Origin: Eledone cirrhosa
Taxonomy: Eukaryota
DNA length: 64,000 bases
Direction of reading: 5' to 3'
NCBI GenBank assembly: GCA_964016885.1
Contig: OZ024740.1
Span: forward strand, 234,236,001-234,300,000
Part shown: one piece after another, positions 1 through 12,421 of the stretch
Numbering within the stretch: position 1 is the stretch's first letter
Layout of the letters: each line of letters begins with the position of its first letter
The notes under the pieces: generated by a model
Told to the model about the DNA's origin: nothing
What the model saw: the letters and a program-made list of their open reading frames with translations, nothing else
Databases searched by the model: none
Position numbers and translations under genes: made by a program

Positions 1-329
1 GTCTACCACTTGTCAAAAGCCAAAACAGAAGTGTGATCCTAGGTCGGACTTGACCGATATAAATAGAAGTGATTTCGCTCAATGAACAACACTCGAGTTG
101 TCTGATTGGTTAGATAATACAAATAAGTGTGATGAAATCTGCTGAGCACAACTCACTGATGTGTGGTTGGCCAGAGGTCGCCATTTCGCACTTAATTGAG
201 GTGTAATGAAACGGGGAGACAACCGGGTGCAAAAACGAATCAATCATTCGCACAGTTTAGGCATGAGTGTGAAATAGCACATTCCACATACAGTAGGCGT
301 TAAAATTTACACCTGGGTTAAATCGCACT

Positions 330-1740
330 TTCTTGATTACGAGTATCAAATGACGCCAAAGTTGAAGGAAAAAAATTTAACTCCCCATTCCGCACTTAAT
401 TGTGGTGCAATTACACGGAGGAGACAACCGGGTGCAAAATTAAATTCAATCATCCTAAAGTTAACTAAACAAACTAAAGTTAAGTCAGGGGGATTTAAAA
501 ATTCGCTACTCCATTTGTAGGACATGAGTAACCGATGCGTCAACTTTCGTTTAAATTGACTTTTATTTCCAGAAGTTGAAATGCTTTGCTGCGACCATAA
601 TATGAACTTTAAAAGTGGTCCAACGGGGCTCACTGCCCTCCCTAGGGGGTTCTCTTTCAAACTTCAAGTGATAACGAATGTGTGGTGCTTTATCTTATGG
701 CAGGCAATAACCATTTCGTTTAGTTTTTGTAAGAATCAAGTATAAACTCCCGAGGTTATGGTGCTTTTTTATTGTGGCAGTTTGAACTTTTATAGGTTAA
801 TGAATTAGGCTTATTGTCCCCGAGGGGGGTCTTCTTGCTGAATTGAAATGAAAGTAAATGTGCCTCACTGTATCTTCATCTGTAGTACATGAATAACAAC
901 TAAGTCGAAATTCATTTTATTGGACTACCAATTATCGAAGCTTTGCTGCATTACAATAGTCAAATTCAATAAATGATTGCCGAGGCTTACTGCCCCCTGG
1001 GGTCCCTTGCTTATTCCGGGTATAGACAGTGTCTTCAACATCATCTTTAGGCAATGGGTAACCAATGTTTCCGGTAAAGTTCCGGTAAATCGAACGTAAA
1101 CTTCAAAAGTTATCAGATACTAATACAGTGTTAATGTGAACTTCAATAGATAAGTCGAAGGGGATTACTGCCCCCCCCCCCCCCCCCCCCCCACATGTCC
1201 CCTTGATAAGTTCAAGTAAAAGTTCATGTGTTCACCTTCCTTTATAAGCCATGGGTAACCAATACGTCTTGCTTCGTGAAAACCAAATACTAACTCAAGC
1301 AGTTATGGCGTTTTGTTGCGTTGATGATATCAACTTCAACATTCATCAAGTTGGTTTACTCCCCCCCCCCCCAAGGGGTCCCCTACCTGAATTTCCTGCG
1401 CAAGTGCATGCCTGCAAATTTATTTGTAGGCCATAAGCAAACAAAAGATTAATTTTGGTGAAAATGGGAGGCAAACTGCAGGAATTATGGAGCCTTTATG
1501 CAGTAGTACTGAGAACTCCAAGCGAGAGGCTTAAGGGGGTTATCTGTCACTGGGGGGGGGGGGGGTTCCATAATCGATGTACGGAAAAATAAAATACCCT
1601 ACGACGCGTAATAGGACTTCAGAAACCTATGTATGAAATTTGGTGCAAATCGGTTGTAAAATGTAGAAATGCATGCGGTTACACAGACAAACAGACAGAC
1701 AGATAGACAGACATCTTCTGTTTTATATAGAGAGATTACG
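330..1740. mobile_element. old non-autonomous Helitron-like element with internal sub-repeats and (ACAG)n terminus
   Basis: Recurrent gttatgg/ccata and ccc...gggg modules, gaaatttggtgcaaatcgg and (gaca)n followed by ttttatatagagagat; classification tentative. Confidence 0.35.
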
Positions 1741-2755
1741 AAGATAAAACATGCTCGCGCTTTAAAAACCTTTCTGTGGGCCGCAAGCATGCTTGCAAAG
1801 GGCCGCATGTTTTTATTCCTGGTATAATTGTTTCTACTTTTGGCATAAGGCCAGCAATTACCCCAGTGCATTACACATAGTATAATGCAGTTTTGATGGT
1901 ACAATGCTTTATTTTTAAAATGTTGGAATGTCTTTCATCATAGATTAGTTCAACCACGATTTATCCAGATGCTAAACAACAACATTGAGTCAACATTTTT
2001 ATTCCATGCGGTAATAGGTTGTTCCGCTGCTCTCCGTATTGTTATAATATGTTGTTATCTCATTCTACATGTCCATAAGTCTGTCAGGCAAGCGCAATCG
2101 ATGCAGGGAGATAACTTTGTCAATTTTAAGCATGGGGGATAACTGCTTTGAAATTAATGCAACTATAATCCATGTTTTGTCCTTAATACGTCCGATAAAG
2201 ACATACTATTGTTGTTGTTGTTGCCGCTATTATTGTTGTTGTTATTACTATTATTGTTGTAGCTGTTGCTGTTGTTGTATAATTCCAGGTCATCTCTAAT
2301 CATGCAGACCTACGATCATAAACGTTCCAGTTTTAGCCATCACATCGTTTTATATTTCAGGAAATACATTGTCCAATGCGTCTTTCCTAGTCTACGGGGA
2401 AGATTAGGTTGTTATTTCTAGCAACTACATTTTGTACATATCACATAGATAAAATATCTGGACACAGTAGTTATTGTAAATAAATTTACCTTGGTGTGGA
2501 CATATAACAAAATGGATTGATTTTAAGAGATGCATATATCACATACCAGATAAAACACGTTTTTTCACCCACTTTTTTTTTTTTTCATAATTGCAAAGGT
2601 AAGATGATATACTTGTAACATCATTTGATTTTACACCTGGATGAAACCTTTTCTACCACTGAGCATTCAATCATGAAATGAAGAGTGTTGTGTGTTTTCT
2701 TTTCTCATGAAGTTTGCAAAATTGAATAGGTTCCTGGCACGCCTATCGTTTAGAG

Positions 2756-3053
2756 CAGGGGTGTGCAACATATTCCATTGGCGAGCCACTTTTGAACATT
2801 GGAACAACTAATAGGGCCATTAATATTTATTAAGCACTATTCCAAAGATTCACCACAACCTCTTTCCACAACATGGAACTGGGAAATTATAACACACATA
2901 ATCCCTTTAGTATAGGTCAACTAACATAAAATTGTATTACAGTCAAGAAAAAAATTCTAAATAAGGTAAAAATTAAAAACGGTCATCACGGACCACTCTG
3001 ACTGGTCTGGTGGACCAGATTGTGACCCGTGGGTCGCCTGTTGCACGCCCCTT
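2756..3053. mobile_element. hAT-like MITE
   Basis: TIRs CAGGGGTGTGCAAC / GTTGCACGCCCCT; imperfect 8-bp flanks gtttagag / gtttgaga. Confidence 0.6.
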
Positions 3054-3566
3054 GTTTGAGAAAGCACTGGATGGAAATGATAACCCACTTACACTACTTT
3101 TCAAAGATAGCCCTCAGATTTAGAAAATTGACTGAGATATGTTTATTTCGAAACTCGGTCTAAGAATTATTGCGAGTTAGATTGCTCACGCGCAATGTTC
3201 TGACTGTTCCCCCAACCTCCCCCAGGAGCACCAAATCCTGGCGACAGGCCTAATTTCTGTATCATAAGAAACGCCAATGCTACCGTTTCACTTCTGTACA
3301 TTAGTATGAATATTCTTTACGACACATGAACATATTCCAATTTTGTTGAGTTTACTAATATGATTTTTGTCGCCGTAGACCATCAGTGGCATTTTTGAAC
3401 CCAATTTGTTTTCAATCCAATAAAATTAGACCTAACCCAGTTATGTACTTTGAACAGGGGTTTGATAGCACAATGAAATATGTCCATTGCAGTTAACCAA
3501 AAAATCAGCTCCGCTCTAAACTGCATTATTTATACGAATACGACGCGAAAATCTTTATTATTTATT

Positions 3567-3749
3567 GGATTGGCAGTATCGGTAGAGTCTAGGACGCCCT
3601 GCTTTCCAGCATAGTTACGTCCCTTTACGATCTGAGTTCAAATCCCGCCAAGGTTGACTTTGCCTTTCATCCTTACGGGGTCGATAAAATAAAGTACCAG
3701 TAATGCACTGGGTAATTGCTTGCCTTGTGCCTAAAGTAGAAACAATTAT
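3567..3749 (+). mobile_element. tRNA-derived SINE (same family as 61315)
   Basis: Near-identical to 61315-61503. Confidence 0.85.
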
Positions 3750-4248
3750 TTATACGACGCGAACAGATCTTATTGTACTTTGTGGGCAATGCCGGATTTA
3801 CTATTCTGCTTAGGTGTGCTTAAGCACGATGGATGGGGCGGGGGGGGGGGGTGCATCTTCCTGCCAAAAAATATTCTACTTCCTTCAGAGCCCAAGTAAG
3901 GAGCCTCATAAGTTAACTACCACAGAGCCTCATGTCGTATATCCAGCACTGTTTGTGAGTTATCTGTCTTGCTTGTTTTCTCTACAAATGGAGTATGCTT
4001 CTCTGAGGAGGTTCAAGACGGATATATGTCTATTGTTTACTGTTCCATCAACCAAATAACCTGATAACAACTTAGACATCTGCTCGGTCCAAGGACTGAT
4101 ATTTCATTAATCATACAATCACTAGAAAATGGTGGCTGCCGGGTCAGTCTTTGTTGTGCAATTAAGTATCTTTCAGAATTTCAGAGAGAAAAAAAAACAT
4201 CAAAATATCAAAACTCTTAAAAATATTCTTTCTTTTATTATCTTAGTT

Positions 4249-4443
4249 GGGTGGCGGATAGGCAGTATCGGTAGAGAGGTCGGATGCCATGCTTTGCAGC
4301 ATAGGGTTACGGCTATTTACGTTCTGATTTTAAATCCCGCCGAGGTTGACTTTGCCTTTCATCTTTACGGGGTCGACAAAATAAAGTACCAGTAATGCAC
4401 GAGGTTAATTGCTGGCCTCGTGCCAAAAGTAGAAACAATTATT
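4249..4443 (+). mobile_element. tRNA-derived SINE (same family)
   Basis: Shared head, core and tail. Confidence 0.8.
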
Positions 4444-5065
4444 TTAGTTGATCGGATCGATCCAGTCATTATTTTTCGAGTTTTGTATTTATTTTATCGA
4501 TCTCATTTTTGTCGAATTACTAAGTTACGGGACATAAGCACAGACACACACACACACAAACACACACACACAACCACATCTATATATATATCGACAGTCG
4601 ATCGACTTTCGTCAAATCGGACCGAGGAATCAATGTTTCCATTGGTCTTTCCAATGCTAATACTATTTATCGGTCTCAACTCCAGGTAGAAGGAGCAACG
4701 TGAAATAAAGTGTCTTGCTCAAGGACATAACGCATCGCCCGGTCCAGGAATCGAACTCACAATATATATATATATTCTTCACTCTTTTGCTATTAAATAA
4801 AGAAAGAAAGAAAGCATTATTACTCCAAGAACCGCCTGCCTAGGAACTTTCTTAAACCGGCCACCCGACTAAGGAACCTTCTTGTTGAGTCAAACAACGC
4901 CGTTCTTTACTCGACACCGAGTAATCACAACCTCTAGCTAGATTACCTTAAACGACACCTTGTTATCCTATATACATATAGGATAACAAGTTATCCTATA
5001 AGCTTAGCTAAGCTGTTACGTTGTAACTTCCTGATGATTGCATAACTACACCAATGATTGCGTAA

Positions 5066-5114
5066 GCATCTGACGAAGTCACATGAATAACCATGTAACA
5101 GAAATATATAATGC
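5066..5114 (+). ncRNA. type I minimal hammerhead ribozyme
   Basis: GCAT-CTGACGA-[ACATG/CATGT stem II]-GAAA-TATA-TA-ATGC; stem I GCAT/ATGC; followed by AATAAA. Confidence 0.7.
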
Positions 5115-6100
5115 AATAAACAATTACGGTGATTTAATCCCGTCTTAACTATTTTATATATAATCGTCTACTTTCAGTGAGATCAGTAGCATTTCAAATA
5201 CTAGATATACAAAATCAAATTGTAAAATCATATCATAAAATGAAATTAAATTGTTTAGAACTACAAGTGAAGTCCTTATTTTTCTTTTTTCAATATATAC
5301 ACATACGCCGGGCTAGTGCAGTTTCCATCAACCAAATTCCACCCACAAGGTATTGGTCAACACTTGTGCAAATTGCCACACATTAAACCCGAAAACGAAC
5401 TGGTTACAAAACGAATTCCTTAACCACTCATCTATATTATAGATACCAGTATGGCTATTAAGTTATTCAAGATTGAGGACAAGAAATGTGAGCTCTCGGA
5501 TAAAGTAATTCCAATTCTGTCAAAAGTAAAATTTACAGAAAATGTTAAAGCAGCTTCGTGGTGCTTCAAAAAGCAACATATTCTGCTCGCTATGAAATAC
5601 TTGGATTGTCCCTTCAAAAACATTAAACCTTTAGCATTGCATTACTCTATATTTACTATTGTATTTTCAAGGTAAAGGTTTTATCTTGCATGATATCGAA
5701 TCTAAGAGATTGTGATATTATTTATTTTGAGAATAATACTTTAAAATAAGTATGAGCAGTCGGTTTGAAGAGAAAGAAGTAAGAGAATTCTGGTCGAATA
5801 CGGCCGGTTTAATGCTAAAGGGTTATGAGAGGTTCTTGATGAGATCCTTGGAATTAAGTTTCACTTAGAATGTATACTGCACGCAAGAATTGGTTATCTG
5901 ATTGGAAAAAAAATGGCAATCCAAAAGAGATATAAACCTTGTTAAGAGATATATAAAAGACATGGAGACACATGGCTTAGTGGTTAGAGCATTGGCCTTG
6001 CAATCGGAAGGCTGTGAGTTCAATTCTCAGACCGGGTGATGATGTTGTTTCCTTGAGCAAGACACTTTATTGCTCCAGTTTACTCAGCTGTAGAAATGAG

Positions 6101-6410
6101 ATCATCATCATTTTACGTCCGCTTTTCCCTGCTTGCAAGGGTGGGACGGGAACTGATTCTCGCTTGATTTCTACAGTTGGATGCCCTTCCTAACACCAAC
6201 CTCATTTATTCACTGTAAATGAGGTAGGTGTTAGGAAGGGCATCCAACTGTAGAAATCAAGCCAGAATCAGTTCCTGTCCAACCCTCATTTACTCACTGT
6301 AAATGAGGTTGTGTTAGGAAGGGCATCCAACTGTATAAATCAAGCCAGAATCAGTTCCCGTCCCACCCTTGCAAGCAGGGAAAAGCGGACGTAAAATGAT
6401 GATGATGATG
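6101..6410. repeat. inverted repeat made of SINE/RTE-type 3' tails with an internal extra copy
   Basis: 6101-6208 mirrors 6301-6410; partial third copy at ~6216-6284. Confidence 0.85.
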
Positions 6411-7202
6411 ATGGTGGGCACAAAGCAAATACCATTTTGACAGGCATGAAGGACATCAAGTCATTCTATGTAAGTTTGAAAAAGGGTTTATGGGTCACAT
6501 ACAAATGGTTCATCTTATATCATGAATGCTGTTGGTTATACAAGTTGCTGACTGAAAAAAAATAGGATTTTATAAAGATGGAGGGAGTAGTTTGAGACTG
6601 CTTTGAATAATGAATCGTCTATTAGTGAGGTTATTCTTTCATTAGTTCTACATATGCTTAGAATAATACATCTTGCTTATAAATCTAAGCCTAATGAAGC
6701 CTATGGCATCTGGGAAATCTCCTGGTCAATGGTGCACACCTATTGATGTTTACATATATGACAGCAAAAAAAAAAAAATTGTGTTGTAAACTCTTGCAAA
6801 ATTGCTCACTAATGTGGAGCAATGAGCATCTTCCTCAGGTTTGAATGATGCTTCTACCAAACATAATTTATCACCTTACTTTTGAAAATGTAACGTTGAA
6901 AGAAATAGCCAGCTAAACAATGCAAAATGGTAACTATTGTGATATTTTTGTTTTTTTGTGTGTTGTTGGTAAAATCGTGGCTCATCTTATGTTTAACAGA
7001 CTGATTATTGGATCTTTCAGAAAAGATATCCCCTAAATCTCAATATAGCTTTATTTTGAGCAGAGTGGCAATAGCTATATATTCTTTAAAATAGGTTACA
7101 GAAATGATATGGGAGAGGAATCAGGAATTGCATAATGTTTTGTGAACCTTCCCAATGTCTTCAATATGATAAACTGAGAACCTCTCTGGAAATTACAACT
7201 AA

Positions 7203-7690
7203 ACTCATCATCATCCTCCTTCGACTCCTCTGTGGGCAGTCGGAGCTCTCTTGATAATCCCTTTCCATGCTGTTCGGTCCTGCATTGCTGTCCCCAGATC
7301 CCTTATGTCCAACCCTGAGTCCCGAGCTATGGTGTCTTGGAAAGTCAGTTTTCGTGAATAGACACATCCAATCCAGAGGGATGCCACAGAAGAAGAGATG
7401 AAATGATTTCTTTGTTGGCTCGATCACAGTGACCAGCAAACTGTAATCTTTTTTGCTTGAGTCTAAGGGATATTGGAATCAAATCTCCGTAGATAGTTTC
7501 AAGTGTTGTGTGTGATCTCCAACTTTTGTTTTTGATTCTTCTGAGGAGATTTGTATATGCTCCATCCGTCTTTCAAGACGAACAGATAATATCCATGTTT
7601 CTGATCCATATAGTAGTACTGGTTCAATCAATGTTTGAAATATTGTTATTATTTCCTTTTTAAGAGTATGAGAGCTACAGTTATCTGAAG
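7203..7690 (-). mobile_element. degenerate RTE-clade LINE 3' fragment
   Basis: Minus strand translates in pieces to EPVLLYGSETW, LQFAGH and DRTAWK, ending in a (GAT)n tail. Confidence 0.7.
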
Positions 7691-9127
7691 TTAAAAATTA
7701 TCTGAATCTTTTGGTGTCAGTATTGTTACTAAGTTCATGTCTTGGTTACTGCATTGTTTGTTTTTTGCTTCTCAGTTACACTTCACAATGCTTTTAGAGT
7801 CTTTGAGAAGGAAATTAGGTCTATATCTCATATGAGTGGAGAATTGATTAATCATGAGCGATTCCTGACAAAACCACTGAATAGAGTGACATTGTTTCTT
7901 GATGAGCTATTTGCTGATGATGCAGAGTTAATGCAACATCTTCTGCAGAAGCTCAATAAATTGTGGAACATTTCTTGCACGCTGCTAAAGCTTTTGGTCT
8001 TGACATAAGCTTGAAGAAAACAGAAGAAATCCACCAACCCAAGCCAACCTCTACACGAGGGAAAAGATTAAATTAACTCAACTTGCCCATATTTTCCCTA
8101 CAAATCACATGAAAGAGAAAGGCCTGGACTTCAAATATGTAAAATATATGTAAAATCTTTTCCCTATTTGCATAGCAGATAAAATGAAAAGGCAGCAAAT
8201 TACCAGAAACATTAAAGCAGTATTTATTCTAGCCTTTTGCATTCTAAGTTTGAATCCTGATAGATAAATAAAGTATCTGTCTAGGGTGAGGGGCTTGCAG
8301 AATTGTTAGAGTCTTGAACTGGATGCTTTGTGACATTTGTTATGGTCCTTTGTATTTGAAGTTCAAACCCCACTGTGGCCTACCAACCACAATAGAAGGG
8401 ATTGTAGCCCCATCATGTACACACCCATAACTAAACATGGATTAGAACAACCTATGGTATTCAACCTGCTGAAAAAGAGATGATACTTGATGAGGATGAT
8501 GGAGATGCTTAAAATAAATAAAATGAAATAAGAAGACAAAATTCAAAAACTTAAGAATGATAAATAGAGACGATTTTAATGACAATTTAAGTAATTAACT
8601 TAAAAATATAAACAACATAGAATATATAAGAAAATAAAATATATCCCCATAAATGTACATAAAATAGAGAGACCATATATACATACATATGTGTATATAC
8701 ATACATGTGTGTATATATATATATATATATAGAAAGAGAAAGAGAGAGCGAGAGGAGGGAAGAAAAAAGTTTTTCTTGTCTCAATTGTTCTGGTTTTACC
8801 AGTTTCTTGTGTGAGATATTGTTGCTGTTGTTGCTGGTGTTGCAACTGTTTCCTTCAACTTTCTTCAAAGAAAAGTTCATAGTTCAAAACCATTAAAGGA
8901 ATTATCAAAAAAAAAATAATAATTTACGTGTGTGTGTGTATGTGTGTGTGTGTGTGACACTCCCCCTACTCATCTCCATACATACATCCCACTGAAAATA
9001 GTCTTGTTGCTGTCATAGAAACAAAAAATGTTATTTGTAAGAGGTCAAATCACAGACTTTTTACTTCAATAAATGAAGTGTAATTGTTGTTGTTCATGGT
9101 GATGTAGTTGTAATAGTTGTTGTTATT

Positions 9128-9750
9128 GTTCAGCCCCAGGCCAGCACTGATCAAACAGACATTTGATCAAAAGCATTCCAGCCATCACAATCACATTTTT
9201 TTCTGGGCTATGTAGGACAACATTAACCAACATCTTTTTTATTTAAAATTTGGCTGCTGTTTCTAGCAAGCCAAATGATTACATAGATGCTTTCTAGTGT
9301 TATTGTTATTGTTGTTGTAGTTGTTGTTAGTGAAGTTGGTGTGTTATTAGCAGACACTAATAGTGAACATGGTTGTAACAGTATTCCTGTTTATGTTTGT
9401 TGGTGTTGTTTAGCCCCAGGTCAGCCCTGACTAAGTAAACCTATGGTCAAAAGCATTCCAGCAGTGACTATCCCAATCTTTTATTCTGGACCACATTATC
9501 CAATGTGTCCTTTAGGCTTCCTATTTTTAATAGTTCAAGCAACCACACAGTAGCTTGATCCTTCATTAACTCATGTTTCACAGAGCTGATTGAACAGATA
9601 TATGATGAGAGGCATTCCAGCCATGTTCATCCTGTGTTTTTAGAGCTATGTAGGACTACATTGTCCAATGTATAGTGTTTCTTCTTTTATGACAATAGGG
9701 TGTGATTTAGGGGAATTTACCTACTATTTCTAGCAGATTGAGTAACCACA
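9128..9750 (+). repeat. three copies of a dispersed ~170-bp repeat (cagccccagg...cattccagcc...ttctagca); inverted copies at 49210-49650 and 50540-50705
   Basis: Recurrent colinear motifs; family not identified. Confidence 0.6.
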
Positions 9751-10280
9751 TAGAAGTTCCCTTGCTGGCTTATTATGTTTGTTGTTTTTGTTGGTGTGAA
9801 CTTAATCACAAAGAAAAATAAGAATCTGCTACCAGAACCCACCATAAAGCCTTCAGGAAATTTCACCCTCCCCTCATATGGCCTCCCTCACAAGTGCTGT
9901 CATGAGGAGGTAAGAAACATTGCTTACAGAGTAACAGGGTATATTACTCCACCACCGCCATCTCCTCCACTTCTCTCAGTGACCTATAGTCAAGTGTTAA
10001 GTGGGCAGGGTCAGATGGAGGCCTTAAGCATGAATTAATATAACCAAAGTAGTCAGATAATTTTGGAGAACTGTTCTCTCTAAATCTTAGTTGCCTCTGC
10101 TCACCCCAGTTAAAAAAAGGTGTGTGGTTACCCATTCACCTTATGTCACCGTTATCAAAACCACTCTACAGCTATGTTATCCAAGTTGACCTTAGTCATG
10201 TCAGATCAGATCAGACTGCTGAAAAAATGTGCAAAGATATCAAGCGAAGGGTTTTTTTAATAAAGAGCTGTCCACCACCT

Positions 10281-12421
10281 TCACAGAGACTGGTAACAAC
10301 TAGAGTTTGGGATTCCAATGGGGATTGAAACCTCATTGTTGTTTCGATTGTCATGCTCCATATGTATCATAGAAGAAGAGTTAGCATTTTGGTTTGGGTG
10401 TTGGTGGTGGTGGTTTTGGTGTGGTTGGAGCTGTTGAGGTGACAGCACTGTTGCTGGTGGAGGTTGATGTGAGTGGATGTGAGGTATGTGTGTCTGATGG
10501 ATAGGTAAGAGTTGTGGTGGTTGTTGTTGTTGTTGTTGCTGCTGTTGTTGTTGTGGGTGATGTTGTTGTTGTTGCTGTTGTTGTGGGTGATGTTGTTGTT
10601 GTTGTTGTTGCGGGTGTGTGTGCAGGATGCCTGTTCCAACAATGCCTGGTGTAATCAAGGCAGCAGTTGGTGTTTGTAGTAGTGCTGTTGCTGTCGTTAC
10701 AGTTGGTGTAGATGCTGATGATGTCTGAGATAAAGTTACAGGGCTGCTGTTGACTACAACAGGACCAGAGTTCAAGGGTTCAGTATTGTTGTTGCCATGT
10801 TTTACAGGTGATATGTGGTTGTTGGGCTGAATGGCATTGTGTGGTATTGTTGTGTTGTTGTTGTTGTTGGTGTTATTGTTGCTGTTGTTACTGGTATTGT
10901 TGTTGTTGTTGTTGTTGTTGTTAGCAGCAGTAATACTACCGCAACTATTACCATTACTGCTACTAGTATTACTATTACTGCTGCCAGCGTTGTGGCTTGT
11001 ATTCACCGGATTGATGTTGAAGGGAGAGATTATGGGGGTACAATTCATAGACAGGGGGGATTTATTGATCACAGAGTTTGGACAATTATTGTTGCTGCTG
11101 TTACTGAGATTATTATTGTTGTCGTCATCGTCGTCGTCGTTGTTGTTGTTGTTGTTGGTGTGGCCATTGTTGGAGTTGCCATTCTCTGCTTGTGGAGCAG
11201 CGGCAGCAGCATTGGCAGCAGCAGCAGCAGAAGCAGAAGTAGATGAAGAAGATGAAGAAAACGTAACATCCAAGCCTGAGTTATTCACAAATGACTCAGC
11301 ATTCTGGATGACAAGACCTGGTGCTGCAAAATTCACAAGGATACTAATGGGATGGAATACGATAGGCTGCTGAGTCCGTTCCTGTTGCTGCAGGCTGTTC
11401 TGGAAGCATGACTGTTGGATTGTAAGCGGAAGGTAATGTGTGCCTTGTGGGTGCAATACAAAAGCTGGCAGGTGAACACCATTGTTAACGGTTTCGTCTT
11501 CAGGGGAACGGCACATCATTGTCGGACTAGTGTTACTGGCACCGTTTGAACTGTGTTCTGAGGTCGGATATGCAGTGGAATCAGAACAGGAACTTGGTGA
11601 TGTGGAACGCATAATCTTCCGTTTTAGTTTGCTTGATAACTTCTCGTGTTTTTCAAAACCATGTTTATCATATCCATGTTTATCATGGCTGTGTTTATCA
11701 TATCCATGTTTATCATGACTGTGTTTATCATGGCTGTGTTTATCATGGCTGTGTTTATCGTGACTATGTTTATCATGACTGTGTTTATCATGACTGTGTT
11801 TATCGTGACTGTGTTTATCGTGACTGTGTTTATCATATCCATGTTTATCCTTGCTGTGCTTCTCATATCCATGTTTCTCATAATTATGGTTCTCTTGATG
11901 TTCTATTATATTTTCTTGGGTCAATGAAGCTGAGAGATCGACACTGTATTTCTCCTGCTCTGAGAAACGTTTTGTGATGTCATGTTTAAACTTGTAGTTT
12001 GTAAACTTATTTTCTTTGCTGCTTCCACTTGAAGATCCATTTTCGGAGCCAGTGTTTCCATGGTAATGTAAATCGCCTTCACTGTTGGTCATGTTCATGT
12101 TGGCTTCATCAGCATTGTTTCCAGATATACTAGATTCACTGCTTGAAAATATCCCCAGAGAATCAGCACAGCTAGCATTACCGCTGTCTGGTTGCTCAAA
12201 ACCAGAATTCCCTTGCGATAACAGAGACCGAAGTTGTTTGCTTGCTGCTGAATTGATTGAGTCATGTGAAGAAGCAAGCATTTCAGGAACTGTCTGTGGT
12301 GTCCTCTCATTACTCTTCAGTTTGCTGTTTTCGCATTCAGAATTCAGTGATGAACATGATATATTGGTTTTGTCTCCAGAACTAGACTCTTCTTTTGGGA
12401 AATCAGCACAGTTTTGTGTTC
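10281..12421 (-). CDS. cwo: cwo large terminal coding exon
   Basis: ttctctcag acceptor at 12422; open frame to TGA at 10281-10283. Contains the CWO-like C-terminal motifs, a His-rich repeat and poly-N/Q/S/A tracts. The first ~90 aa of the 804-aa track ORF are intronic. Confidence 0.9.

Noticed and set aside
6790-6840. CTGAGGA followed by a hairpin on the minus strand
   Set aside because: No GAAA or stem I partner.
11640-11879. Regular short repeats resembling a CRISPR array
   Set aside because: Contiguous 15-bp units with no spacers, in frame within a eukaryotic exon; no cas genes.
10815-11977. Plus-strand and alternative-frame ORFs over the large cwo exon
   Set aside because: Shadows of trinucleotide and 15-bp coding repeats.
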